A stretch of 64,000 nucleotides of DNA from a virus. The first letter of the stretch is position 1. Every line of letters starts with the position of its first letter. Shown piece by piece: positions 8,447 through 17,878 of this stretch. The notes under the pieces were generated by a model, which saw only the letters and a program-made list of their open reading frames with translations, did no database searches and was not told the origin of the DNA. Position numbers and translations under genes: made by a program. The stretch is taken from the IMG/VR virus record IMGVR_UViG_3300020048_000015, positions 32,001 to 96,000 of that record; one strand, written 5' to 3'.

Positions 8447-8669
8447 ATAATCTATCTATTTTTTCATTTCTATAAGATTCTAAATCTACAAAGAATTTTT
8501 TATCAATACTATGTCCACCAATAATATAAATATTATTTATAATATGTTCAATATTATATACACCACCAATCTTATATTTTTTAAGTTGGAATATAAAATT
8601 TGGAATACATGTGGCAGGATAGATTTTTTTGCAATACTCTTCAATATCAACAACACAAACAACCATCAT
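8427..8669 (-). CDS. Small protein with C-terminal tag
   Basis: Ends DLESYRNEKIDRLFDEDDR. Confidence 0.6.
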   Translation of the reverse strand: MMVVCVVDIEEYCKKIYPATCIPNFIFQLKKYKIGGVYNIEHIINNIYIIGGHSIDKKFFVDLESYRNEKIDRLFDEDDR

Positions 8670-8959
8670 ATAATATTAAACTCTATTATTTTTTTATTTG
8701 CCTTTAGTGCGCCAATAACATCAAGACATTCATTATATCCAACCAACCAAAATCTATATTCATATAGATTTTTTGTTGATTTTATAACATCCTTTACAGA
8801 TTCCATTGATATTCTATTACCTTCAACAATTTCTAAAGACTTATTTAATATATTTAATTTATCTTTTGTAGATAAAGCATCTATAACTTTAAGACCATCA
8901 CCCAATGTTGAATTGTTTGTTAACAAAGATATCAATCTATTTTGTTCATCTTTTGACAT
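8666..8959 (-). CDS. Hypothetical protein
   Basis: ORF coupled to the downstream gene. Confidence 0.6.
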   Translation of the reverse strand: MSKDEQNRLISLLTNNSTLGDGLKVIDALSTKDKLNILNKSLEIVEGNRISMESVKDVIKSTKNLYEYRFWLVGYNECLDVIGALKANKKIIEFNII

Positions 8960-8970
8960 ATTAGATAGTT

Positions 8971-9264
8971 TTATATTCCTAATTTTGTTAATTGTAATTC
9001 TCTATGTTCTTCTAAATTAATTATTCTTTCCCAGAGACCGGAATGAACAAAATGCAGTGTCCCATCTTCTAAGTTAGTTATACTACCTGTTATACTACCT
9101 GTTTTAACACCAAACCCATCATTTAGACTATCAATTCTGTATCTATCCCCAGGTTTGAAATGATAATCATAAGAACCACCTTGTTTACCATATTTAGCTG
9201 TATAAGTAGATTTAAAATAAACTATATCTCCTATTTTCATTCTATTTTGTTTATCTTTTGACAT
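8971..9264 (-). CDS. Small protein with C-terminal tag (start may be 9240, MKIGD)
   Basis: Ends NLEEHRELQLTKLGI; flanked by 26-bp direct repeats. Confidence 0.6.
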   Translation of the reverse strand: MSKDKQNRMKIGDIVYFKSTYTAKYGKQGGSYDYHFKPGDRYRIDSLNDGFGVKTGSITGSITNLEDGTLHFVHSGLWERIINLEEHRELQLTKLGI

Positions 9265-9548
9265 ATGATTTCATTAATTTTAAAAGAATAATCTTGTAAT
9301 TTATTTATTTTATTAATTATTATATGTAATTTTTTTAAATTACAATCATCATTATATAGTTCAACAAAACTATCTCTTATTTTGTTCCATTTTTTAGAAT
9401 AATCTTTTTTATACCCATTATATAATTCAGAAAAATTTTCATTAAGCAATAATTCTAACTTAGATTCCCTATCCAAAACATCAAAATTTTCCATATTATT
9501 TATTAAAATATTTATATAATCAAAATATCCTTTTATATATTCATCCAC
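9237..9548 (-). CDS. Hypothetical protein
   Basis: ORF in a co-oriented run. Confidence 0.55.
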   Translation of the reverse strand: MDEYIKGYFDYINILINNMENFDVLDRESKLELLLNENFSELYNGYKKDYSKKWNKIRDSFVELYNDDCNLKKLHIIINKINKLQDYSFKINEIICQKINKIE

Positions 9549-9597
9549 TTTATTAGTTTTGTTTTTTAATATATATATCTAAAATATAAAATATACT

Positions 9598-9837
9598 ATG
9601 AAATATTTGAAATCATTTGAAAATTATTCAATGAATACTGAACAACAAGAAGAAAAGAATCCACATCACATAACACCAAAAGAAGTTCCTGGTAGACAAA
9701 GACCACCAAGAGTCCAAGAGGAAGAAGAAAATAATCCACATCACACAACACCAGAAGAAACCCCAAGTAGACAAACTTCTGAAATTGATATGGATGATAT
9801 GGATGATATGGATGTCCCAAGTTATGGTTACTATTAA
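9598..9837 (+). CDS. Low-complexity acidic protein with leader
   Basis: MKYLKSFENY; duplicated EExNPHHxTPxE; DMDDMDDMD. Confidence 0.65.
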   Translation: MKYLKSFENYSMNTEQQEEKNPHHITPKEVPGRQRPPRVQEEEENNPHHTTPEETPSRQTSEIDMDDMDDMDVPSYGYY

Positions 9838-9843
9838 TAAATT

Positions 9844-9873
9844 AAAAATGTCATAATATATTATGACATTTTT
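9844..9873. terminator. Bidirectional intrinsic terminator
   Basis: aaaaatgtcataa/ttatgacattttt inverted repeat between convergent genes. Confidence 0.7.
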
Positions 9874-10348
9874 AATTTAATAAAGAATCAATTTTAATGT
9901 TCCGAATAGTAGATTTGAATGATGAATTAGTATTCAAAAAACCATTTAAAATTATATTCTTTATAAAAAAACCATAATATAATAACTTTGTATCATATAT
10001 AGTATTATGTTCAATTTTTAGAAATAAATTTGGTTTTAATCTAATGATATAATAATCTTCATCAGTTTCTTTATAAAATACTTGTTCATACTCATACCCA
10101 ATATTATTAGGACTTGGTATAAATCCAATTTTTTTAAAAAAATCCACTACATATTCATATCTTGCATATTTATCAAACATCTTAGTTTCAGTATCATAAA
10201 GAAAAAACCTTGACTGAAATACATCAAACTCTTCAATTCCACCAATATAATATCCATCTTCATTAATAAAAATGAATTTTATATTATCTTCTAATATTGC
10301 TAAATTTTCACATTCATCAATTAATGTTTGTGGTATTTTTGATTCCAT
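9872..10348 (-). CDS. Hypothetical protein with C-terminal tag
   Basis: Ends TIRNIKIDSLLN. Confidence 0.6.
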   Translation of the reverse strand: MESKIPQTLIDECENLAILEDNIKFIFINEDGYYIGGIEEFDVFQSRFFLYDTETKMFDKYARYEYVVDFFKKIGFIPSPNNIGYEYEQVFYKETDEDYYIIRLKPNLFLKIEHNTIYDTKLLYYGFFIKNIILNGFLNTNSSFKSTIRNIKIDSLLN

Positions 10349-10585
10349 CTATTATTTGTGTTATTTTTATAATTCACCATTTACCTATATCATAAAATCG
10401 ACCTTTGCTATACCAGTTTATGCATAAATTATCATCTAATATTTTATATTTTTAACGACATTTCATCTAATATTTTATAGATTCTACCATATGTTAAACA
10501 ATCTAAAACAAGGAATATACATATCTCTTTCATAAAACTATATATTTTATTTTATATATAGTTTATATAAAAATAAAATATTTTA

Positions 10586-11671
10586 ATGATTAATGGATAT
10601 AAAGATTATATTATTGAACAATTAAAAAAGGAAATAATAATATTATCAAATCAGATAAATGAATCAGACCAAAAGGAGTCGCTTTTGATAAGAAAATTAA
10701 CAGATTTAGTTAATTTTGTATTAGAAAAAGGAAATAATATAGGGATGCCTATATTAAAAGCATTTTGGGATGTTATTAAATGGAATAAATATATATCACT
10801 TACCCTATTTTCATTATTAATGTTTAAATTTGGTTTAACTGCTGAAGAAATATACAATAGCTTTGGTGAAAAAAGAGAAATAAAAGAACTTATAAATAAA
10901 GCTGACCAAAGTAATATAGGAGATGATCAAGTAAAACTAAGTGTTGAAGATTCTAAAATAAAAGATGACGAAATACTAAAAATAAATGACTTTATTGATA
11001 AGGCTAAGGATAAAGCACAAGCTCAAGATGATGTAGATGATATAGATTATCATAAAGGTGATTTAATAGACTTTATGAAGGCTGTTGCATTTAGAGAATC
11101 AAGTTGGGATCCAGGCGTTGTAAATAGCTGTGGGTTTATGGGATTATACCAAATGGGTAATGATGCTTTAAGTGATATGGGAATGGTTAAACAAGTTAAT
11201 ACTAAGAAATTCATATGGTCTAAACATGGTGCTTATAAAATATTTCCAATTGAAGATCAAAATAAAGCTATGATAAAACTAATGCGATTAAATAAAAAAA
11301 GACTTCAAAAACATATTGAAAAATATGTTGGCAGGACAATAAGTTGTGTTGTTGATGGAAATGAGTTAAATATACCGATTACCGAATCTGGACTATTAGC
11401 AGGCGCACATTTATTGGGCTCTGGTAATGTTATGAAATTTTTAAATTCTAATGGGAAAATAATACCAAAAGATGGCAATGCTTCTTCTTTACATAGAACA
11501 CCAATAACAGAATATATCAATAAATTTTCACATTATGATATGACACAATTAAATTATATGTCCTTAGAAGATATAGAAGATATAGAAATAATACCAGGAT
11601 TTAAAAAAGGATCTAAATTTAGGTCTTGGGTTAAATTAGACACCAATCAAAAATCACCAAATAAACCTTAA
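10586..11671 (+). CDS. Lysozyme/lytic-transglycosylase-fold protein (putative virion-associated lysin)
   Basis: AVAFRESS (catalytic Glu-Ser), GFMGLYQMG, LLAGAHLLGSG. Confidence 0.65.
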   Translation: MINGYKDYIIEQLKKEIIILSNQINESDQKESLLIRKLTDLVNFVLEKGNNIGMPILKAFWDVIKWNKYISLTLFSLLMFKFGLTAEEIYNSFGEKREIKELINKADQSNIGDDQVKLSVEDSKIKDDEILKINDFIDKAKDKAQAQDDVDDIDYHKGDLIDFMKAVAFRESSWDPGVVNSCGFMGLYQMGNDALSDMGMVKQVNTKKFIWSKHGAYKIFPIEDQNKAMIKLMRLNKKRLQKHIEKYVGRTISCVVDGNELNIPITESGLLAGAHLLGSGNVMKFLNSNGKIIPKDGNASSLHRTPITEYINKFSHYDMTQLNYMSLEDIEDIEIIPGFKKGSKFRSWVKLDTNQKSPNKP

Positions 11672-11766
11672 AATAAAAAATCTATTAGCTAATAAACTAA
11701 TAGATTTCTTATTAAGTAAAGACATATTTATTTATATATATACTTAAAATTAGGAAAATTTTAGAT

Positions 11767-12525
11767 ATGAACATTAAACACAAAGTAATACAAGATTATC
11801 AATTTACAACAAATGATAAAAAAATAGTTATTCTAAAAATAGGAACAATTTTAGAAAACTATACTTATTCCAACAAGTCAACATTAGAAAACATAAAAAT
11901 GGATAAGGATATCATTGACAAAAACACATCTTTCTTTAAACAAATTGATTGGAAGGAAGAATTGAATTCTTTTATTAAAACAAACAAAATACCACAACCA
12001 GCAGTATTAACAAAAAAATTAGTTCCTTTTATTGAAGAAATGTTTATATTAAATAATATAAAATCAGATAATAATATTGACTTTGAAAAAGAACTAAAAT
12101 TTAAAGATAAAGAATTAACTGATACTAAAAATAAATTGGTAGTTTTAGAAACACAAATTAATGAAAAAATGCTTATATTAAATAATATAAAATCAGATAA
12201 GAATATTGACTTTGAAAAAGAACTAAAATCTAAAGATAAAGAATTAACTGATACTAAAAATAAATTGGTAGTTTTAGAAACACAAATTAATGAAAAAAAG
12301 AATTTATTCTATGATCAAGAATTGACTGAAAAGGAAAATAGATTATCAATTAAAGAAAGTATCTTAAATTCTTTTGAAAAAGAACTATTGGAAAAGCAGA
12401 AAAATATTTCAGAATTTAAAGATAAATTATTAATTAGGATAGTTGAACTGAAAAATATGGGATATTTAGATGGGAATATAAATGGTAAATCTTATACCCT
12501 AACAAATTTTATCAAAGGGATATAA
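11767..12525 (+). CDS. Coiled-coil protein with an internal 43-aa tandem duplication
   Basis: Heptad-like K/E/L-rich C-terminal half. Confidence 0.7.
   Translation: MNIKHKVIQDYQFTTNDKKIVILKIGTILENYTYSNKSTLENIKMDKDIIDKNTSFFKQIDWKEELNSFIKTNKIPQPAVLTKKLVPFIEEMFILNNIKSDNNIDFEKELKFKDKELTDTKNKLVVLETQINEKMLILNNIKSDKNIDFEKELKSKDKELTDTKNKLVVLETQINEKKNLFYDQELTEKENRLSIKESILNSFEKELLEKQKNISEFKDKLLIRIVELKNMGYLDGNINGKSYTLTNFIKGI
12044..12298 (+). repeat. 129-bp-period in-frame tandem duplication
   Basis: 12044-12169 and 12173-12298 are near-identical. Confidence 0.9.
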
Positions 12526-12834
12526 TTTATCCCTTAGATTAATTAGTCTAAAAAGCTTATCCAATTTATATTCAGAATATTCTACAAAATTAAATTTCAA
12601 ATATTTAATAAAATTAAAATCTTCAACACGCTTATTACAAACATCAATATGAGTAGAAATAAAATTATATCTAATCATATCCTTTTCAATATCTAAATTA
12701 GATAAAATATTATTAAATTTAATTATTTTATTTTTTAATTCACCCAAAATAGAATCAACATCATGGCTTTTATTAACCATGATGTTGATTTGTGTATCAA
12801 TATGTTTTAATGATATACTATACTTACTTTTCAT
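12499..12834 (-). CDS. Hypothetical protein
   Basis: ORF coupled to the topoisomerase gene. Confidence 0.55.
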   Translation of the reverse strand: MKSKYSISLKHIDTQINIMVNKSHDVDSILGELKNKIIKFNNILSNLDIEKDMIRYNFISTHIDVCNKRVEDFNFIKYLKFNFVEYSEYKLDKLFRLINLRDKLYPFDKIC

Positions 12835-14180
12835 TTCATTTTTTTCTTTAAATCACTTAAATCATCAATATACATTTTCTTTGGTTCAATCTTAGAAAAC
12901 TCTTCTATTTCAGTCTTCTTATCTTTATAATCACCTTTTAACTTTTCAAAAAGCTCTTTTGTTAATGACCATAATGGCATTCTTAATAAATAATCAAAGC
13001 TATCATCAACCTTTTCTAAACCCAAATTTTCTATATCTTTTATTATATCTTCTTTAGATCTATTTTTAATTTCCAATTTTCCATCCAATATAGCTTTTAT
13101 GAATTTGCCTTTGTTTGATAGAATTTTTAATTCCCTATTTAGCTTATCTAAAATGAACTCTTTTCGCTTAACATAAAAAGTTAATCTAAAGTTCACAAAA
13201 TATTCAATTATTTCTTTACTATTTTCAAATATTTTTAATTCACCAAATTCATCAAGCGTTGTAAAAATTTCAGTTGATGTTTCTTCCAACTTCAATAACT
13301 TAATTAATTTTTCTTCATCTAATTGCGCCAAAGTTTCCCTATTAAATTTGATTAAATAATTTACAGAATCTTTACAATTATCATCATAAGAAACAATTAC
13401 CTTATCATCAACCAATCCATCCAAAACAACTTCATACTTTTCATATGTCATTGATGGTGGCAATTCATCAATTCTAGCAGTAGATGTATTTACAATTTTT
13501 ACTATACCTCTTATAAACCATCTTTTATGATTATCTTTATCTTGTGTGTATGTACCATTGAAAAAATTACTATGTGGTGATACATCAACTATTTTTTTAC
13601 CTTTCAATAATTGTTCACAAGCATTTATAATATCAATAGGATTTCTATTTAAAATATTAGAAGCAAATCCAACTGCAATACCAGATGAACCATTAATAAG
13701 AATAGTCGGTATTATAGGCAGAAAATATTCAGGTTCAATACCAACACCTTCTTCTTGCTTATAATCCAATAATTCAAAATCTTTATAAAGCAACCTAAAG
13801 TTATTATTCAATTTAGTTCCAATGTAGCGAGGCGCTCCTGCCGTGGTACACCTGATCGATCCGAATTGACCATGTTCTTCTAATAATGACATATTATTTT
13901 TAAATGATTGCGCCATATTAATAATAGCAGATTCTAATGAACTTGAACCATGATGATAATAAGCTTGTGATGCTACACTACCAGCTAATTGAAAAACCTT
14001 TAATGGCTTTTCATTTCCAGTTCGCCATATATCATTACATATGAAAATTATTTTTCTTTGAACTGGTTTAAACCCATCAATACAAGATCCAATCGCTCTA
14101 CTTTCAATAGTATAAAGTGCGAAGTCTTTGTATTCCTGTGATAAGAAATCACTAATTGTCTTTTCATTAATTTTATCCAT
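12831..14180 (-). CDS. Type IIA DNA topoisomerase, breakage-reunion subunit (T4 gp52/GyrA/ParC-like)
   Basis: DGFKPVQRK, YYHHG, GQFGS, GAPRYI (catalytic Tyr), ILINGSSGIAVGFA. Confidence 0.93.
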   Translation of the reverse strand: MDKINEKTISDFLSQEYKDFALYTIESRAIGSCIDGFKPVQRKIIFICNDIWRTGNEKPLKVFQLAGSVASQAYYHHGSSSLESAIINMAQSFKNNMSLLEEHGQFGSIRCTTAGAPRYIGTKLNNNFRLLYKDFELLDYKQEEGVGIEPEYFLPIIPTILINGSSGIAVGFASNILNRNPIDIINACEQLLKGKKIVDVSPHSNFFNGTYTQDKDNHKRWFIRGIVKIVNTSTARIDELPPSMTYEKYEVVLDGLVDDKVIVSYDDNCKDSVNYLIKFNRETLAQLDEEKLIKLLKLEETSTEIFTTLDEFGELKIFENSKEIIEYFVNFRLTFYVKRKEFILDKLNRELKILSNKGKFIKAILDGKLEIKNRSKEDIIKDIENLGLEKVDDSFDYLLRMPLWSLTKELFEKLKGDYKDKKTEIEEFSKIEPKKMYIDDLSDLKKKMK

Positions 14181-14279
14181 ATATTTATTTCTATATTAAG
14201 TATTAATTTTGTTTATTTTTTTTCAAAACATAAGATGCCATAATTCTATATATAGAAAAAATATATCTAATTTTATAAA

Positions 14280-16028
14280 ATGAAAAAAATAGAAGATAAA
14301 TATAAAGTATTAAGTCACATTGATCATATATTACTTAGACCACAAACATACTTAGGATCAAATAAACCACACACATCTATCAAATGGGTTTGTGTTGATG
14401 AAAAGATGCTTAAAAAGGAAATAACATACACACCATCATTTCTTAAAATATTTGATGAGATCATAACGAATTGTTGCGATGAAAATAAAAGAAATCCTGA
14501 TACATTAAATATAATAAAAGTAAATGTAGATAAAGATAATGGAATAATATCAATATATGATAATGGTGGCATTCCTATATTATTACACAAAGAACATAAT
14601 AAATATGTCCCAGAAGTTATTTTTGGAACATTGATGTCAGGATCAAACTATGATGATAATGATGAAAGAACAGGCGCTGGTGTAAATGGTTATGGTTCTA
14701 AATTAACTAATGTATTTTCAAAAGAGTTTGTTGTATCTTCTTGTGATGGCAAAAATAGCTTCTATCAAGTTTTTTCAAATAATATGAGGGATAGAAATGA
14801 ACCTAAAATTAAAAAGAATAAAACAAATCATACTGAAATAAAATACAAACCGGACTTTGAAAAATTTGGATTGGATGATATAAACGAAGAACATTATTTA
14901 TTAATATACAAAAGAGTTATTGATATTGCTGGTTGTAATCCATCAATTAAAGTTTTCTTCAATAATATAGAAATCAAAATTAAATCCTTTGAAGACTATG
15001 TTAAATATTATGAAACAGAATATTATATTGAATCAAATCAAGATAAGAGTTGGAATATAGCTATATCACATTCTAACGAAGGATTTCAACAAGTTAGTTT
15101 TGTAAACACAACTGAAACATATGATGGGGGAACCCATGTTGATTATATTTTAAATCAAATACTAACACAACTAAGAGAATTTTTTCAAAAGAAGCATAAA
15201 GTTGATGTAAAGCCATCTGAATTAAAAAACCATATTGCTATATACTTAGATGTAACTGTTGTAAATCCAATGTTTTCTTCACAAACTAAAGAAAAATTAA
15301 TAACAGAAGTTAAGGATTTTGGACACATTCATCAAATATCTGAAAAATTAATAAAATGGATATTAAAATCTGAAATAGTTAATTCAATATTAGACTGGAT
15401 TCAAAGAAAAAAAGAAGCTGATGAAAATAAATTAACAAGAGAATTAAATAAAAACATATCTAAAATTAAAGTAGATAAATTGATTGATGCAAAAGGAAAG
15501 ACAAGGAATCTATGTTCCTTAGCAATATTTGAAGGGGATTGTCTATCAGAAGATACTTTTATTAGAATTTTAAGGGATGGTGAATTTTTTGATATCCATA
15601 TAAAAGATACCAAAGTTGGTGATTTGGTCATAACACATAATAATAGTTTTTCTGATATTTATGCTATTTCAAAAAAAATTAAAGAAAAAGCAACAATAAA
15701 GCTAAAAGGACTTGATGATATTATATGTAGCCACGAACATAAATGGTTTGTATATGATTACATTAAAAATCAATTTTATTTCGAAGAAACTAAAAATCTA
15801 AAAAAAGATAAACATAAATTAGTTAAAAACTATTTAGCATTTACTGATGATTTACATAGGATAAATAAAATTGATAATAACATCATAGATATATTTATTG
15901 ATACCATAGAAGCTAATCCAGAACATAAATTTGCAGTATATGATAATTCAGATAATAAATTTAAAATGATAGAAACAAAAAACTTAAATAAAGACATACA
16001 TTTTTTAGTAAACACCTTCAAATTATAA
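14280..16028 (+). CDS. Type IIA topoisomerase ATPase/TOPRIM subunit, N-extein (420 aa) fused to split intein N-half
   Basis: HILLRPQTYLGS, FDEIITN, DNGG, SGSNYDD, GVNGYGSKLTN, TYDGGTHV, IFEGD followed by CLSEDT. Confidence 0.92.
   Translation: MKKIEDKYKVLSHIDHILLRPQTYLGSNKPHTSIKWVCVDEKMLKKEITYTPSFLKIFDEIITNCCDENKRNPDTLNIIKVNVDKDNGIISIYDNGGIPILLHKEHNKYVPEVIFGTLMSGSNYDDNDERTGAGVNGYGSKLTNVFSKEFVVSSCDGKNSFYQVFSNNMRDRNEPKIKKNKTNHTEIKYKPDFEKFGLDDINEEHYLLIYKRVIDIAGCNPSIKVFFNNIEIKIKSFEDYVKYYETEYYIESNQDKSWNIAISHSNEGFQQVSFVNTTETYDGGTHVDYILNQILTQLREFFQKKHKVDVKPSELKNHIAIYLDVTVVNPMFSSQTKEKLITEVKDFGHIHQISEKLIKWILKSEIVNSILDWIQRKKEADENKLTRELNKNISKIKVDKLIDAKGKTRNLCSLAIFEGDCLSEDTFIRILRDGEFFDIHIKDTKVGDLVITHNNSFSDIYAISKKIKEKATIKLKGLDDIICSHEHKWFVYDYIKNQFYFEETKNLKKDKHKLVKNYLAFTDDLHRINKIDNNIIDIFIDTIEANPEHKFAVYDNSDNKFKMIETKNLNKDIHFLVNTFKL
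15540..16025 (+). mobile_element. Split intein N-half (162 aa)
   Basis: Block A CLSEDTFI right after EGD; VGDLVITH; block B CSHEHKW, duplicated as ANPEHKF; ends at TAA. Confidence 0.88.
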
Positions 16029-16227
16029 CATCACCTTCGAAACAGACTTTTGGGTTAATCCAAACAATAAAGAAATTACTGCAAGTGAAGCATATCTTAA
16101 ACAAGAATTAAAATTAAATACAGCTAAAGAAAAAGGTTTTTTTATTTTGGAAATTTGGTCAGATGAAGATAACAAAGTAGATAAAGTATTAAATTTTATA
16201 AAAAATAATATAAATAAAAATGGTTGA
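16012..16227 (+). pseudogene. Decayed Vsr/DUF559-like endonuclease C-terminal fragment
   Basis: Start-less third-frame ORF: ETDFWVNP...KLNTAKEKGFFILEIWSDE. Confidence 0.6.
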
Positions 16228-16351
16228 AAGTTTTTTAGAACTAATAGAAATTAATGATATCTTATTAGAAGATGAATATTTAAATATGGTTGATATATCA
16301 GTAAATGTAGAACAAAGCTTTTTATTATCAAATGGATTAATTTCCCACAAT
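16220..16351 (+). mobile_element. Split intein C-half
   Basis: Block F/G DISV..EQSF..NGLISHN, terminal His-Asn followed by +1 Ser. Confidence 0.9.
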
Positions 16352-16933
16352 TCAGCAATTTCATCATATCGGAAATATAGAAATAATGAAACACAAGGTG
16401 CTTTTGCATTAAGAGGAAAATTTATAAATGCATCAGAAGCAACTACACAGAAATTAATGGGAAACAATGAAGTTATTAATTTAATGGCAGCAATTGGATT
16501 AAAATTAGGACAGAAAGAATTATCAAATTTAAGATATGGTAAAATAATATTTTATTGTGATAGTGATCATGATGGTAGTTCAATTGTAGCACTCTTAATA
16601 AATTTTATGTATAAATATTGGCCTGAACTTTTTGATAAAGAAATGATTTTTAAAGCTGAAACACCAATTGTAGTGGTTAAAAATATTAAAAACAAAAAGA
16701 AAACATCATTCTATAAACAAGATGATTATAATAAATGGCTAGTTCAAATAAAACCAAAAGAATGGGAAATAGAATATAAAAAGGGATTGGCAGCATTACT
16801 TGATGATGAATATGCAGAGATAATAAATAATCCAATATTAACAAAAATAAAATCAGATGAAACATCTAAAACCCAACTAAATGTTTGGTTTGGAAAAGAA
16901 TCTGAATTGAGAAAAAATGAAATGTTGAAATGA
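16220..16933 (+). CDS. Split intein C-half (44 aa) fused to topoisomerase TOPRIM C-extein
   Basis: MVDISV...SFLLSNGLISHN then SAISS, FALRGKFIN, YCDSDHDGSSI, EYKKGLA. Confidence 0.92.
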   Translation: MVESFLELIEINDILLEDEYLNMVDISVNVEQSFLLSNGLISHNSAISSYRKYRNNETQGAFALRGKFINASEATTQKLMGNNEVINLMAAIGLKLGQKELSNLRYGKIIFYCDSDHDGSSIVALLINFMYKYWPELFDKEMIFKAETPIVVVKNIKNKKKTSFYKQDDYNKWLVQIKPKEWEIEYKKGLAALLDDEYAEIINNPILTKIKSDETSKTQLNVWFGKESELRKNEMLK

Positions 16934-17325
16934 CAAAACAATATCTATACAACCGATTATACGATACAGCTTTTATATACAATGACTATACATACAATTA
17001 TTTAGACAATAAAAAAATTCATATGCTTATAGATTCATATGGAAAGGGTGAACTAAATATAGATATTTACGAATTTAAAGATACAAATTTTGATTTTAAT
17101 AGTATAATTTTTATCATAATAAATCACGAAAATATACGAAAAATGCTTAGTGTTAAATTCAACAATTTTAAACAAACCTTTAATTTCAATCAAGTAAATG
17201 AACCATCAACCATATCATTGAATTTTTCTATAAATTCAATAGAAATTGAACAGGATTCAAATGATATAGACACAGAACTACCAATTATAATTAGAAACTT
17301 AAAATTGAATAATATTATAGATTAA
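16930..17325 (+). CDS. Hypothetical protein with C-terminal tag
   Basis: Ends IIRNLKLNNIID. Confidence 0.6.
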   Translation: MTKQYLYNRLYDTAFIYNDYTYNYLDNKKIHMLIDSYGKGELNIDIYEFKDTNFDFNSIIFIIINHENIRKMLSVKFNNFKQTFNFNQVNEPSTISLNFSINSIEIEQDSNDIDTELPIIIRNLKLNNIID

Positions 17326-17328
17326 AAA

Positions 17329-17356
17329 GAATAAGCACCAAATTTGGTGCTTATTC
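17329..17356. terminator. Intrinsic terminator hairpin between convergent genes
   Basis: gaataagcaccaa/ttggtgcttattc. Confidence 0.65.
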
Positions 17357-17878
17357 TAATAACATATATAACTTTATTTCCCTTTCTAATGAAGAAATAT
17401 AATCTCTTATATATTCTTCTTTAACCAAGTAATAATCTTCATTATATGGCCAACTATGTCTTATTTTAAGGCATTCACTTTTAAAATGACTATATATACT
17501 TTTAAATAAAGTATGACAGTCATAATCATTCATAAAATTAATTAAATTTTTAATATAATCAAATTCAGAATTTATTATTAAATCAAACATATCCTTATCT
17601 TTTAAGATAGATAAATATTGATCAATTATTAAAGACAAATCTTCTTTACAAATCACACCAGTTATTTTCGGACTGCCAAAATAAAAATATATCTTATTCT
17701 TAAGAAGATATTTTAACAATTTAATCAAATTAGTTTTAGCCCTTAAATCTATTATAACCCAAACATCACCATCTATAATTTCCAATAATCTTATATTAAC
17801 CTTATTGAAATAATAAATCATATTGTTCGATATCTTCCAATTTGGATCTGTATTCGGCAGGAAAGTGTTTAAGTCCAT
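17351..17878 (-). CDS. Hypothetical protein with C-terminal tag
   Basis: Ends LEREIKLYMLLE. Confidence 0.6.
   Translation of the reverse strand: MDLNTFLPNTDPNWKISNNMIYYFNKVNIRLLEIIDGDVWVIIDLRAKTNLIKLLKYLLKNKIYFYFGSPKITGVICKEDLSLIIDQYLSILKDKDMFDLIINSEFDYIKNLINFMNDYDCHTLFKSIYSHFKSECLKIRHSWPYNEDYYLVKEEYIRDYISSLEREIKLYMLLE

Noticed and set aside
8511-9020. Opposite-strand or nested ORFs in the track (e.g. 1005, 1762, 2710, 8511, 14324, 35979, 37880, 39101, 44247, 45362)
   Set aside because: They are shadows of better-supported genes, with no motifs and atypical composition.
16012-16227. Programmed frameshifting to make one contiguous intein
   Set aside because: It would need two shifts through three frames. 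The C-half has an in-frame TAA at 16211 and its own ATG.
12831-16933. Bacterial gyrA/gyrB or parC/parE gene symbols
   Set aside because: The short A subunit without a C-terminal pinwheel and the phage context fit T4-type topoisomerase II, so no bacterial symbol was assigned.
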